Positions 18,914-27,960 of a stretch of DNA of 64,000 bases are shown here, piece by piece (position 1 is the stretch's first letter; each line of letters opens with the position of its first letter). The stretch lies in contig CAXXSM010000132.1 in assembly GCA_963663405.2 (NCBI GenBank), forward strand, positions 160,001-224,000, read 5' to 3'. The translations under genes and the position numbers were made by a program. The notes under the pieces are model-generated. The model saw only the letters and a program-made list of their open reading frames with translations, was not told the origin of the DNA and ran no database searches. The stretch comes from a bacterium. GTDB lineage: Bacteria; Hinthialibacterota; Hinthialibacteria; Hinthialibacterales; Hinthialibacteraceae.

Positions 18914-21883
18914 TTACTCGCTGGCTGCAGTTTCCTCTTCCTGCATGTTTTCCTCATCTTCTTCTGGATGGAAATATTCCTGGTTGTATTCGATTTTGGA
19001 GGCGGCGCTGACTTCTTCGATCCAGGCGTTGAAGGCGAGAGATTGCGCGCTTCGTTCAAAATACTTTTGCATCGAGAATTGGCTTTTCGATTCGGCGTCC
19101 GGTTCGATTTTTTCCAGAACTTGGATGATATAAACACCCGTCATCGCATCCTGGACACGTTCTTTATCTTCATTCATCCGCATCCGGTAATTCTTGATGG
19201 GATTGGAGATCTGACCGGGTTTCATGGCCAACGCCGTTTTCGCGACTGGATACGCCATTCCTATACCTTGGACCTGCCCGTTTCCGGTGATATCATAGGG
19301 TCCCTTATAACTCGCGCCTTTACCACCCAAGGGTTGTTTATCGCTGCCTGTATCTTCGTAGAGACTCAGGTCAACCGAGCGTGTGGCGTCGATCGGCCCA
19401 TTCGCCGCGAGAGCGGATTGAATGGCTTGCAGCGCTTCATTTGCGTACCGCTCCGCATACGCTTCCGCCAGTTTCAGTTTCAGGTCGCGCTCTACATCTT
19501 CCCGCGCTTCCGCCAGATCCGGAAGATACGGTTCCTTAATCTCCAGCAATTGGGCGATGTAATATGCGTCGATGGGCATGGTGGATGGATCGCGTCCATA
19601 TCCCTGCATCCGGGATTCCACTTCCCGTGTGGAAACAGAACCGATGGCTTCCAATTTAAATGCTTCTTGATTCAGTTCACGTTTCATTCCCAATCCAGGA
19701 ATGGCTCCCCCCGCCCGGAAAAGTTCCGTTGTGCCCCATTCAATGCCCTGGGATGCGGCTTCCACTTCTAATGCGGCTTTTTTGCTGAATAACTCATCCG
19801 CGAAAAGATTGGCTTGGTTACGGGCCATCCGTTCCGATTGGTCTTTGACGTAAGCTCTCTCCACCTCGGTTTGCACTTCCACTAATTCAGGCAGGCGGGC
19901 CGGTTCGCGGGAGACGAGGCGGATGATATTCTGTCCCTTTCTCGTTTCGATGGGACCGGCGATTTCGTCTTCGGTTAATGTGAACGCGGTGTTGATGATT
20001 TCAGTTGGATCCGAGCCGAGTTCCGGTATGTATCGATCCTCACGTCCAAAAGGCTGCAGCGTTGTGACTTTCAAACCTCGGGCGGAGGCTGCTTGTTCGA
20101 GTGTGGCTCCGGTCGCGCCTTTTACCAAAGCCGCGTCTTCTTCCGACGCTTGCAACGCCAATTCTCTGGCGTTCTTTTCCTTTACATCCTCGATGACTGT
20201 TTCTCTCGCTTCTTCCAGTGTCAGAGGACGAGTCTCCAATCTGTCGATGGATTCGATTAGATATAGATTCTCCATCATGATATTCCCCGCGATTTGGATC
20301 GTCTTATCAGGAGTTTTCATGAAGGCCATGCGGGAGAATGTCTGCAGGTCTTTTGTAGGAATACCGGGTAATTCTTTCACGTTCCGTTCAAAAAAGTCCG
20401 TCGTTTGGACCGCGTATTGGTCTTGTAGATCGGTGAGACTTTCGACCGAGTTCCCCAGCGCCCGGAATTGATTCACCGCCAGCTGCTTTTGCAGCGTTTG
20501 ACGGATTTCATCGGCTACATCTTCCAGCGGATCGGTTCCTTCTTCCTGCCGGTCTTCGACGCGGATCAAATGGTAACCATATTGCGTTTTTATCGGATCC
20601 GAAATCTGCCCCAGAGGAAGTTCAAACGCCGCTTTTTCGAAGGGGGGATCCATTAATCCACGTCCGAAATAGCCGAGATCGCCGCCTTTAATCGCGGATC
20701 CCGTATCGGCGGAATATTTTTCCGCCGCTTCGGAGAAGGGCAGGCCTTGTTCGATCTCCGTGCGGATTTCGAGCGCCCGGTTTTTGATGGCATCGGTCTC
20801 TTCGGCGGTCAATCCATCGGTGACTCGCAGAAGGATGTGCCGGGCTTTCGCTTGTTCTTTATGCTCATAACGGAATAGATTTTTTTCGTAGTAGGATTCG
20901 ATCGCTTCCTGCGTCACATCCTGCGTGTTCGCCAAAGCGACTAAAGGTTCGGCGATAAAACGGACTTTGATCTGTTCCGGTTTCATGTATTTAGCCGAAT
21001 TTTCACTAAACTGCTGTTGAATTTCTTCTTCTGTCGCAGAGGCTTGATCCGTGAAATCATTCGCGGAATAGAGTACGTGTTGAATGACTACTTTTTCCGG
21101 GATTTCAAATTCTTGACGGTGTTGGTTGAAGAAATATTCAACGCGGGTCGCTACGGAAGTCACGTCTTTGATGTAACTTTTAGGATAGAACTTCGCGTAC
21201 GCGATTCGGCGTTGTTCGGGAACTTTGTATTTTTCCTGATTCTCTTCAAAGTATTGATTTAATTGCTCTTCCGTTGGGGTAACGTCATCCACGTAACTGG
21301 ATGGTTCGAACGCCAGGTATTCAACTTTAACTTTCTCGTTTTCCCGTTTATCGCCCCGCTCTTTTTCGGTCGCGGCGTCAAAGAAGGTGTGCTGGACGAC
21401 CGCGCCGACTTTCGCCTTCGTGAGCGCGTTTCTCTGATCTTGAACGTACGCTTCTTGGGGAATTTTATTATTGTATAGAACCGCCTCGAATCTCTGGACG
21501 CTGAAATTCCCGTTTTCATCTTTGAAATACTGCTGCTGGCGGATGGCGTTTCTCACTTCTTCGTCCGTTGTGCCGATTCCCCATTCTCCCGCTTTCTGCT
21601 CGACCAACTTCGATTGGATGAGATCCTGCAAAACACGACGCGATATTTCTTCGTCCGAAAGCGATTGAAGCGATTGGTTCCTCTGCATGTTCTGCCGGTA
21701 CGCGTCCAATCGGTTTTGATATGCGTATTCTTGAATGCGGTCTCCATTGACCTTGACGACCCAGCGGACCAGCGTGGGACTCGCGCATTCACCATATCCA
21801 TACAGAATGATGAACGATGGGATGACCAACCACAATGTGTAGGTCATGACTGTTTTCTTATGCCGGTTAAACCACTCAAACAT
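18914..21883 (-). CDS. ppiD: PpiD/SurA-N family peptidyl-prolyl isomerase, expanded
   Basis: N-terminal anchor, SurA_N region, parvulin motifs ARHILL, FSEAAEKYSAD, GGDLGYFGRG, FEKAAF, KTQYGYHLI; GGAGG RBS. Confidence 0.8.
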   Translation of the reverse strand: MFEWFNRHKKTVMTYTLWLVIPSFIILYGYGECASPTLVRWVVKVNGDRIQEYAYQNRLDAYRQNMQRNQSLQSLSDEEISRRVLQDLIQSKLVEQKAGEWGIGTTDEEVRNAIRQQQYFKDENGNFSVQRFEAVLYNNKIPQEAYVQDQRNALTKAKVGAVVQHTFFDAATEKERGDKRENEKVKVEYLAFEPSSYVDDVTPTEEQLNQYFEENQEKYKVPEQRRIAYAKFYPKSYIKDVTSVATRVEYFFNQHRQEFEIPEKVVIQHVLYSANDFTDQASATEEEIQQQFSENSAKYMKPEQIKVRFIAEPLVALANTQDVTQEAIESYYEKNLFRYEHKEQAKARHILLRVTDGLTAEETDAIKNRALEIRTEIEQGLPFSEAAEKYSADTGSAIKGGDLGYFGRGLMDPPFEKAAFELPLGQISDPIKTQYGYHLIRVEDRQEEGTDPLEDVADEIRQTLQKQLAVNQFRALGNSVESLTDLQDQYAVQTTDFFERNVKELPGIPTKDLQTFSRMAFMKTPDKTIQIAGNIMMENLYLIESIDRLETRPLTLEEARETVIEDVKEKNARELALQASEEDAALVKGATGATLEQAASARGLKVTTLQPFGREDRYIPELGSDPTEIINTAFTLTEDEIAGPIETRKGQNIIRLVSREPARLPELVEVQTEVERAYVKDQSERMARNQANLFADELFSKKAALEVEAASQGIEWGTTELFRAGGAIPGLGMKRELNQEAFKLEAIGSVSTREVESRMQGYGRDPSTMPIDAYYIAQLLEIKEPYLPDLAEAREDVERDLKLKLAEAYAERYANEALQAIQSALAANGPIDATRSVDLSLYEDTGSDKQPLGGKGASYKGPYDITGNGQVQGIGMAYPVAKTALAMKPGQISNPIKNYRMRMNEDKERVQDAMTGVYIIQVLEKIEPDAESKSQFSMQKYFERSAQSLAFNAWIEEVSAASKIEYNQEYFHPEEDEENMQEEETAASE

Positions 21884-21917
21884 GAACGAAAAACCTCCTG
21901 GAGGATAAATAATTCAA

Positions 21918-24068
21918 TTAACGGCGGCGCTCCCGCTGGAAGGCGCCGGGTACGGCTGATTTACTCTTATACAAACGAAACGCAGTATCACGCAGGAACG
22001 AGGGAATTTCAAACTGAAGCCCAACCGCGCTGGCGGATATGGGATCTTTTGTTGTGATCTCTCCCGTATAGGGATCGTACTGTTCCACCTCGTACCTGCC
22101 ATCCTGAATTTCCGGCAATGTAAGCGTGACCGGTTGGATGGGATCGTATTGAGTATAGCGTTCGATTTGAGAAAACTGATGGGGATCGTCATGAATCCAG
22201 ATTAAGATTCGATTCTCGCTCCCACGGGCGTATGCTTTCGGTCGCTGTACGAAATCATCGATCCAGTATCTCTGCACTTTAAACCAGTCCAGCCCATTGT
22301 TGCGAATTTCGATCCGGTGGGCGCCGGGAGGGAGTGGAAATTCTATCCGCCCCTCACCACCGGGCGATGTGTCACTGGACGTGGTGGGGAAATTCTTTGA
22401 AAAGATTGTTGTCCCATCGAGAATGACCGTGCAATTCGAACCCGCGCGAGCTAAGGTCTCGATTTGAAAGCCAAATTGTGTCGCTGTTTCCGTTTCAAGC
22501 AGGAACATGGGATTGGGCGCCATATCGCGGTGGTACCGGCCATGGATGAACGCTGTGCACTCATCCAAGTATTCCACGGCGCCGTCTTTGATAGTAAATT
22601 CCTGACGCAAGGTTTCGCCCCAATCGATTCGAGGTGAGAATTGAAACGGACCGAGATTGGCCGGCGCCGGTTCAATCAACGCCGTCATGATAACGGGTTT
22701 TTCTTTCACCCAATCGATTCCCTCTAGATAGTCAGCGAGGCGCTTGAAATGGCCGTACAAGTTATAAGGGCGCACCCAATTATCCCACCACCAGGTCATC
22801 GCGGTTCCACTATCCGGGCTGTGCGCGGACGCCCACAGCTGGTTGTGCAGAATGACACCCTCCCGGTCGTCCCGGTTTGGTCCTCGGTAGTTATACGACA
22901 TTTCACCGAAAAAGTGGGGTTTTTCTGGATAATTCACTTCCGCTTGCGCGGAGGAAGCCATCACGCGATCGATGATCGCGTTGACATACGCGTGGGTTTG
23001 CAGATAATCCAATCCACCGATTTGATGCGTCAAACTTTCCCGTGAAGAGGCGCTGGTGGTTCGCAGATGCTTGTAAGGATCGAGCGAATCGAGATACGCC
23101 GCCATCTCCTCGTGCCAGGCTCTCACATTGGGGAAATTGAAATTTGCGGTCAGATCAACCTCATTCCAAAATTCCCATGCCAATAAATGCGCGCTGTATC
23201 CCCAGCGGGCTACCAAATAACGCAGCCGGTCGCGGTAATGGCGTTTGGCCTCTTCGCTGGTGAAGAAATCTTCCGGCGCCTCTAGAAAACCACCGTTTTT
23301 CGCGTTATATGGATTGTCGTTCCACACCGGATTGGTGTTAATGGAATATTGTCCATGATGGTTGATGACCCACTGGATGTAAATTCCGCGTTCTTCCGCC
23401 GCTTGAAAGATCCCATCGATCATTTCGGCGTTGGTGGAACTGTATTGTTCGAGTCCGTGATAATTCTTCCCATCATCTTTCCAAACCAGTTCAGTCATAC
23501 CCCAAGGGCACATCCAGATGCGGATCCAATTGATCCCCGCTTCCTGGCATTCATCCAGGTAGCTGATCCAAACCGCCAGCCGGGAACCATTCCCGGACAC
23601 CCATCCAAGATTCTCTCCCAGCGGGAAATAGGATTCCCCATTCTCAAAGACAAAAAACCGCGGGACTTCTTTGGATACGCGGACAAATCCCCGCGCGCTG
23701 TTTTCCACAACGTGGAACGATCCCGTAGCCGCTTCGATGGCCGTGGAGGGTGTTTTCGCTGTTACACGATATGTGTACGTTCCCGGCTTGGAGGGAGTAA
23801 AGCGTAAAATCCAATCCTGTTTCCCATCATAAAAACAAGGAACGATAAACGTATCTCCATCATTGGAGTGGATTTCCGCATCCACTTGTATAGCGGACGA
23901 ATCGTACGCATTAGAAAAATTCAAATCCACTGCGAACGCGGTTTGAAACAGCCCATAAGCTGGGATGGAAGGAATTTCCTCCATCGCCCCAGCGGACAAA
24001 ACCAATCCGGCTTCAGCAAAAATGAATACAAAAAAATAGCCCCACAGCCTGTGGAAACGAGCGAACAT
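21918..24068 (-). CDS. DUF5060 plus GH5-like glycoside hydrolase, secreted
   Basis: N.YD...I.VDA, W.LRFTP, YLVARWGYS, WEFWNEVD (acid/base), HFFGEM (nucleophile). Confidence 0.75.
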   Translation of the reverse strand: MFARFHRLWGYFFVFIFAEAGLVLSAGAMEEIPSIPAYGLFQTAFAVDLNFSNAYDSSAIQVDAEIHSNDGDTFIVPCFYDGKQDWILRFTPSKPGTYTYRVTAKTPSTAIEAATGSFHVVENSARGFVRVSKEVPRFFVFENGESYFPLGENLGWVSGNGSRLAVWISYLDECQEAGINWIRIWMCPWGMTELVWKDDGKNYHGLEQYSSTNAEMIDGIFQAAEERGIYIQWVINHHGQYSINTNPVWNDNPYNAKNGGFLEAPEDFFTSEEAKRHYRDRLRYLVARWGYSAHLLAWEFWNEVDLTANFNFPNVRAWHEEMAAYLDSLDPYKHLRTTSASSRESLTHQIGGLDYLQTHAYVNAIIDRVMASSAQAEVNYPEKPHFFGEMSYNYRGPNRDDREGVILHNQLWASAHSPDSGTAMTWWWDNWVRPYNLYGHFKRLADYLEGIDWVKEKPVIMTALIEPAPANLGPFQFSPRIDWGETLRQEFTIKDGAVEYLDECTAFIHGRYHRDMAPNPMFLLETETATQFGFQIETLARAGSNCTVILDGTTIFSKNFPTTSSDTSPGGEGRIEFPLPPGAHRIEIRNNGLDWFKVQRYWIDDFVQRPKAYARGSENRILIWIHDDPHQFSQIERYTQYDPIQPVTLTLPEIQDGRYEVEQYDPYTGEITTKDPISASAVGLQFEIPSFLRDTAFRLYKSKSAVPGAFQRERRR

Positions 24069-24172
24069 CGATTCTCCTCATTGAATTTTACTATAGAGGG
24101 AAATAATAATTATATCATTTTCATTTCAGTGGACTAGCCGTAGCGGAAGAGAAATGTTTATACAAAATTTCA

Positions 24173-24201
24173 TTGAAATACGTTCTTTTAAGTGATATAG
24201 T
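24173..24201 (+). promoter_or_regulatory. Sigma70-like promoter of the 24244-26609 operon
   Basis: TTGAAA (24173-24178), 17-nt spacer ending TGA (extended -10), TATAGT (24196-24201), about 40 nt upstream of the ATG. Confidence 0.65.
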
Positions 24202-24243
24202 TTAAATGATGTAATAAATTCATGTAATATATTAGGTAGAGTA

Positions 24244-24720
24244 ATGACCCTATCACAACAAACAAAAACCAGTAATTCAACGGTTTGTTATCTAGAAGAT
24301 GATCTTTCCACACTGGCTTGTCATGCTGCGATTGAACTGGAACATCTAATCCATGACAGAGAATTTCCATTTAAATTAAGCGCATTAGAACAACTAATCG
24401 AAGCGCTATCTGAAGAGATCCCTTCTGAGAGTGACTGTAATTCTTCTGATTCCTTTATCGATCCGACGACAATACGGGTAATGAATCATGCGATGATCCA
24501 ATATGGAAATGATAAATTAACTACTGTGAAGCAGCTTTTCGATGAGGCAAGAAAGATAACGCTAAGTTTGAGAGAAATCATCGATTTGGACCGAAAGGGG
24601 GAAAAAGATAGTGAAAAAGCGGAAAATATGAAAAAATTTTGTTTGGAACTTTCAAAAAGTTCGGCGGCTTATGGGCCTTCTTCCTATCGCCAAAGAAGAA
24701 AACATCCTTTCCAAGATTAA
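24244..24720 (+). CDS. Hypothetical all-alpha protein (158 aa)
   Basis: AT-rich ORF with AGGT RBS-like sequence; 3-nt gap to the next gene; amphipathic helices; no recognised family. Confidence 0.75.
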   Translation: MTLSQQTKTSNSTVCYLEDDLSTLACHAAIELEHLIHDREFPFKLSALEQLIEALSEEIPSESDCNSSDSFIDPTTIRVMNHAMIQYGNDKLTTVKQLFDEARKITLSLREIIDLDRKGEKDSEKAENMKKFCLELSKSSAAYGPSSYRQRRKHPFQD

Positions 24721-24723
24721 CTC

Positions 24724-25995
24724 ATGTCCATTTTGAAATACACAATAGAAAGGTTCAGCGCCTTTATTGAGGAAATTGAAAGATTACACCTTTGTGATTT
24801 TCCCTATATTGATTCAAAAATAGCAATAGAAACGTTAAAAAAAACGTTTGATCGAAAATCGCCCTATCTTTATAATTTGAGAGAGGAAGACGATAAAAAA
24901 TTAATAGTTGATAAATGCACAAGGACTATAACGGACATAGATCTTTATCTTCCTCTTTTAGGATTTATCCTTCGATCGACGGACGTTCGAAATCCTTTTG
25001 AGATTTATGGTCCCATTCTCCGTCTTGTAAATACTATTCTAAATACAAATACCAATCCTGTATCAAGTGATAATAATGAGGAAAATCGTATCCATCTTAT
25101 TCTATCATCCGAATGGAATTATTCTCCTTTGATTTATAGTGGAATCCCAGAATTGCCAGGATTCCTATTTATTGGCTTACCTGTATTTGAGTCATCAAAT
25201 CCTTTATTGATTCCTCTTATAGGGCACGAAATGGGGCATCTCATATGGAATATGAAAAATAAGGATGCTTTATCTAGAAAGGCACAGCATTATGTTCTAG
25301 AGTCAATTATAAACCGTTGGGATGATTACTCGAGATTGTACGGTCTAACGGAAAAGAGCCAACTAACTGACGATATATTTGGCCGGGAGACATGGCAACA
25401 TGCGTTAAAGTGGGCGTTAGAACAAACAAAAGAAATTTATTGCGATTTCATCGGGCTGTCAATTTTCGGGTATTCTTTTCTATGCGCGTTTGCGTATCTT
25501 TTATCACCACGATTTTCTGGATCTCGCTCGGAGTTATATCCTAATTTAAAAGAACGAGCTGAGTATTTGACACTGGCGGCGGAAAAATATGATATAAAAA
25601 TCCCCGCAGATTATCTAGAAATGTTTGAAAATTTCAGTGGACCGAGTTCATCTGAAAAAGATATGTTATTATTGACAGTCGCTGATGAAGCGGTTCAAAA
25701 AATTGTACCGGAGTTGATTCACCAAGTCGATGAGTTTATCCGATCGACTAAGATTATTCTTCCTTCGAAAGAAGAAAGGGATAGGATCTATAAACGCTTT
25801 CTTCGTGTTATTCCAGCGGAACAGTGCAAAAGTATTGCGGATATCCTTAATGCGGCATGGAAAGCATATGAGCAACCCGATTTCTGGAAGGACAAACCTC
25901 AAATGGCTAATAACAGGGATAAAGTTTTAAAAGAATTGGTTTTAAAAAATATCGAAATTTTCGAGATCGAACAGATTACTGGTGATAACTCTTGA
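24724..25995 (+). CDS. Cytoplasmic HExxH zinc-metallopeptidase-like protein
   Basis: LIGHEMGHLIW, downstream EIYCD (third ligand ExxxD) and YPNLKER (M48-like HPxxxxR position); no signal peptide. Confidence 0.65.
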   Translation: MSILKYTIERFSAFIEEIERLHLCDFPYIDSKIAIETLKKTFDRKSPYLYNLREEDDKKLIVDKCTRTITDIDLYLPLLGFILRSTDVRNPFEIYGPILRLVNTILNTNTNPVSSDNNEENRIHLILSSEWNYSPLIYSGIPELPGFLFIGLPVFESSNPLLIPLIGHEMGHLIWNMKNKDALSRKAQHYVLESIINRWDDYSRLYGLTEKSQLTDDIFGRETWQHALKWALEQTKEIYCDFIGLSIFGYSFLCAFAYLLSPRFSGSRSELYPNLKERAEYLTLAAEKYDIKIPADYLEMFENFSGPSSSEKDMLLLTVADEAVQKIVPELIHQVDEFIRSTKIILPSKEERDRIYKRFLRVIPAEQCKSIADILNAAWKAYEQPDFWKDKPQMANNRDKVLKELVLKNIEIFEIEQITGDNS

Positions 25996-26609
25996 TACTA
26001 AAAACAGACAAAATTGCCGATCTGCTACGTAAACAGGATACCAAAGACCCCCTTGTTATATCTCCATGTCCAGATTTAGATGAACTGGAAAAATCCGGAT
26101 CGACATCGGTAGATTTGAGATTAGGCACATGGTTTGTCACACCTTGGCAGACGCGGATGACGCATCTTCAACTTGCGGAACAAGACATGCAGGAAAAATT
26201 GATGCAAACATACTATGTCTCTTTTGGGAATGAATATTATCTTCATCCAGGCTGTTTTGCTTTAGGAGTTACAATCGAATGGCTTAGACTTCCGAAAGAT
26301 CTGGCAGGATATGTAATTGGAAAATCAAGTTGGGGACGGCGGGGATTAATCATTGCAACGGCGGCTGGAGTGCATCCCGGTTTCAAAGGTTGTTTAACTT
26401 TAGAACTTAGTAACGTGGGCGAAATACCAATCGCAATCAGTCCTGGAATTAAAATCTGCCAATTATGTCTCCATAAAGTTGATAGAATGAATTCAGATGA
26501 GATTGATAAAAGTGAATTTATTGGTCAGAGAAAACCTACTCTTGGAAAAATAAAAGTTGACGCTATCTCTGAAAAGTTATCAACTGCATATTCGTTGAAA
26601 AATGAATAA
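25992..26609 (+). CDS. dcd: dCTP deaminase (trimeric dUTPase fold), atypical
   Basis: SVDLRLG, LHPGCFALGVTIEWLRLP, GKSSWGRRGL, HPGFKGCLTLELSN; TTG start overlapping the upstream TGA. Confidence 0.85.
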   Translation: MILKTDKIADLLRKQDTKDPLVISPCPDLDELEKSGSTSVDLRLGTWFVTPWQTRMTHLQLAEQDMQEKLMQTYYVSFGNEYYLHPGCFALGVTIEWLRLPKDLAGYVIGKSSWGRRGLIIATAAGVHPGFKGCLTLELSNVGEIPIAISPGIKICQLCLHKVDRMNSDEIDKSEFIGQRKPTLGKIKVDAISEKLSTAYSLKNE

Positions 26610-26694
26610 TATGAATACAATGACTCGACGAGAGAAAAATAATTCAATTTATCCTGTTCTCACTACTATTTCAAACTATCCATTCATAAAACAT

Positions 26695-27960
26695 TTATCG
26701 CTTCGATCTCTCATGAATCCGATCCTGAATCGCCCATTGTAAATCACCAAGGAACGTTGTTGGGGGATCTGTTTCAATCACGTGATTGCTCCAATCCATT
26801 GTCTCAAGAATCGTGCTCATGGAGATGGGAGGGCGGTGGTTGTAGAGAACGAAATCGTATCGTTCCAAGCGTTCGCTCCACTGACTTCGTGGTATTCCGT
26901 ATCCTCCCAGCAGCGGCCATGTCCCCATCAGTAATGATTTTAACTCCTGGTTGTTTTCCTTATTATTAAATAAAAGTATAGTTCTGTCCGCTGAGTTTGG
27001 ATTCGCGACGTGTCCGATCGCGCGGTTGGTTCGCCGATATTGAGTCATGGACCGTGAGAAGACGTCTAAATACGCTTCAGAAAGAATATCGAGGAATAAC
27101 TCTTCCGAAAACGGCGCCTTATTGAGCCGTTCGAAAGCCAACCGGTTGAGCAGGACTCCGATTCGGCCCCGGTAAGCGAAATCCTGCCTATATTGATCCA
27201 GTGAATAGTGTGGCATCGTCTCTTCTGGAACATAGTCCCATTCTTCTCCCAGTTTCACTGGCCAATTCCAGCGAACAACGCCGCTGTGTTCGATAGAAAT
27301 GTCGGGACCATAAATATTTGTGTCAATTTTCTGCCCGGTTGAAAAGGTGGTGTAACCTGGAATGAATGATTCGTAATAGGTGACCGGCAAGAGCGTATCA
27401 TTCTTGATCCGCCCAATGGTGACGGCATGGGCCGCGATAATATCTTCATAGACGATCACGCCCGGCGAAATGGCTTCTGGGATCAGCGCGATCGGATACG
27501 TGTCATTGTATAAGGTCCGTGTGCTAACCATATCCTGGAAAAGTACTGATAGAAATACACAGAAACGTTTGTCCCGCTCCCATTCAGGATGTGTGGGAAA
27601 TCGATCCCATGCGGTCGAAAAATGCCCGATGCGCGCGCCTTCCTGTGATGTCGAGAGAAAAGGAAGCCCATTCTTCCGTGCGAAGATCGCCCGTAATCCA
27701 TAGGCGAGATCCGCGCAATCCGCTTTGATTCCGGAAGGTTTCAATATGTCCGGTTTTATATCCTCTTCTAGCCATGTTGAATAGCGCCGTTCCCATTCTT
27801 CGCTCCACTCCTGCGTTACTTCCCATACATCGCCCCACGCGGTGGAATGAAATAGGATTACTGCGTTGAGTAGTAAGAAACAAGCGCATAGTGTTGATCT
27901 TAGGAACTTTTTGTGATTATTGCCAATCTTGTACGGGTGGGGTGCGATTATATTCTCCAT
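26695..27960 (-). CDS. Secreted hypothetical protein, 'DCAD' family paralog 2
   Basis: Signal peptide then VWEVTQEWSEEWERRYSTW, DCADLAYGLRAIFARKNGLPF, IIAAHA; start uncertain (ATG 27960). Confidence 0.75.
   Translation of the reverse strand: MENIIAPHPYKIGNNHKKFLRSTLCACFLLLNAVILFHSTAWGDVWEVTQEWSEEWERRYSTWLEEDIKPDILKPSGIKADCADLAYGLRAIFARKNGLPFLSTSQEGARIGHFSTAWDRFPTHPEWERDKRFCVFLSVLFQDMVSTRTLYNDTYPIALIPEAISPGVIVYEDIIAAHAVTIGRIKNDTLLPVTYYESFIPGYTTFSTGQKIDTNIYGPDISIEHSGVVRWNWPVKLGEEWDYVPEETMPHYSLDQYRQDFAYRGRIGVLLNRLAFERLNKAPFSEELFLDILSEAYLDVFSRSMTQYRRTNRAIGHVANPNSADRTILLFNNKENNQELKSLLMGTWPLLGGYGIPRSQWSERLERYDFVLYNHRPPISMSTILETMDWSNHVIETDPPTTFLGDLQWAIQDRIHERSKR

Noticed and set aside
18896-19771. 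291-aa ORF antisense to ppiD, and many similar short overlapping ORFs in the track
   Set aside because: They lie opposite or inside well-supported genes and have non-protein-like composition.
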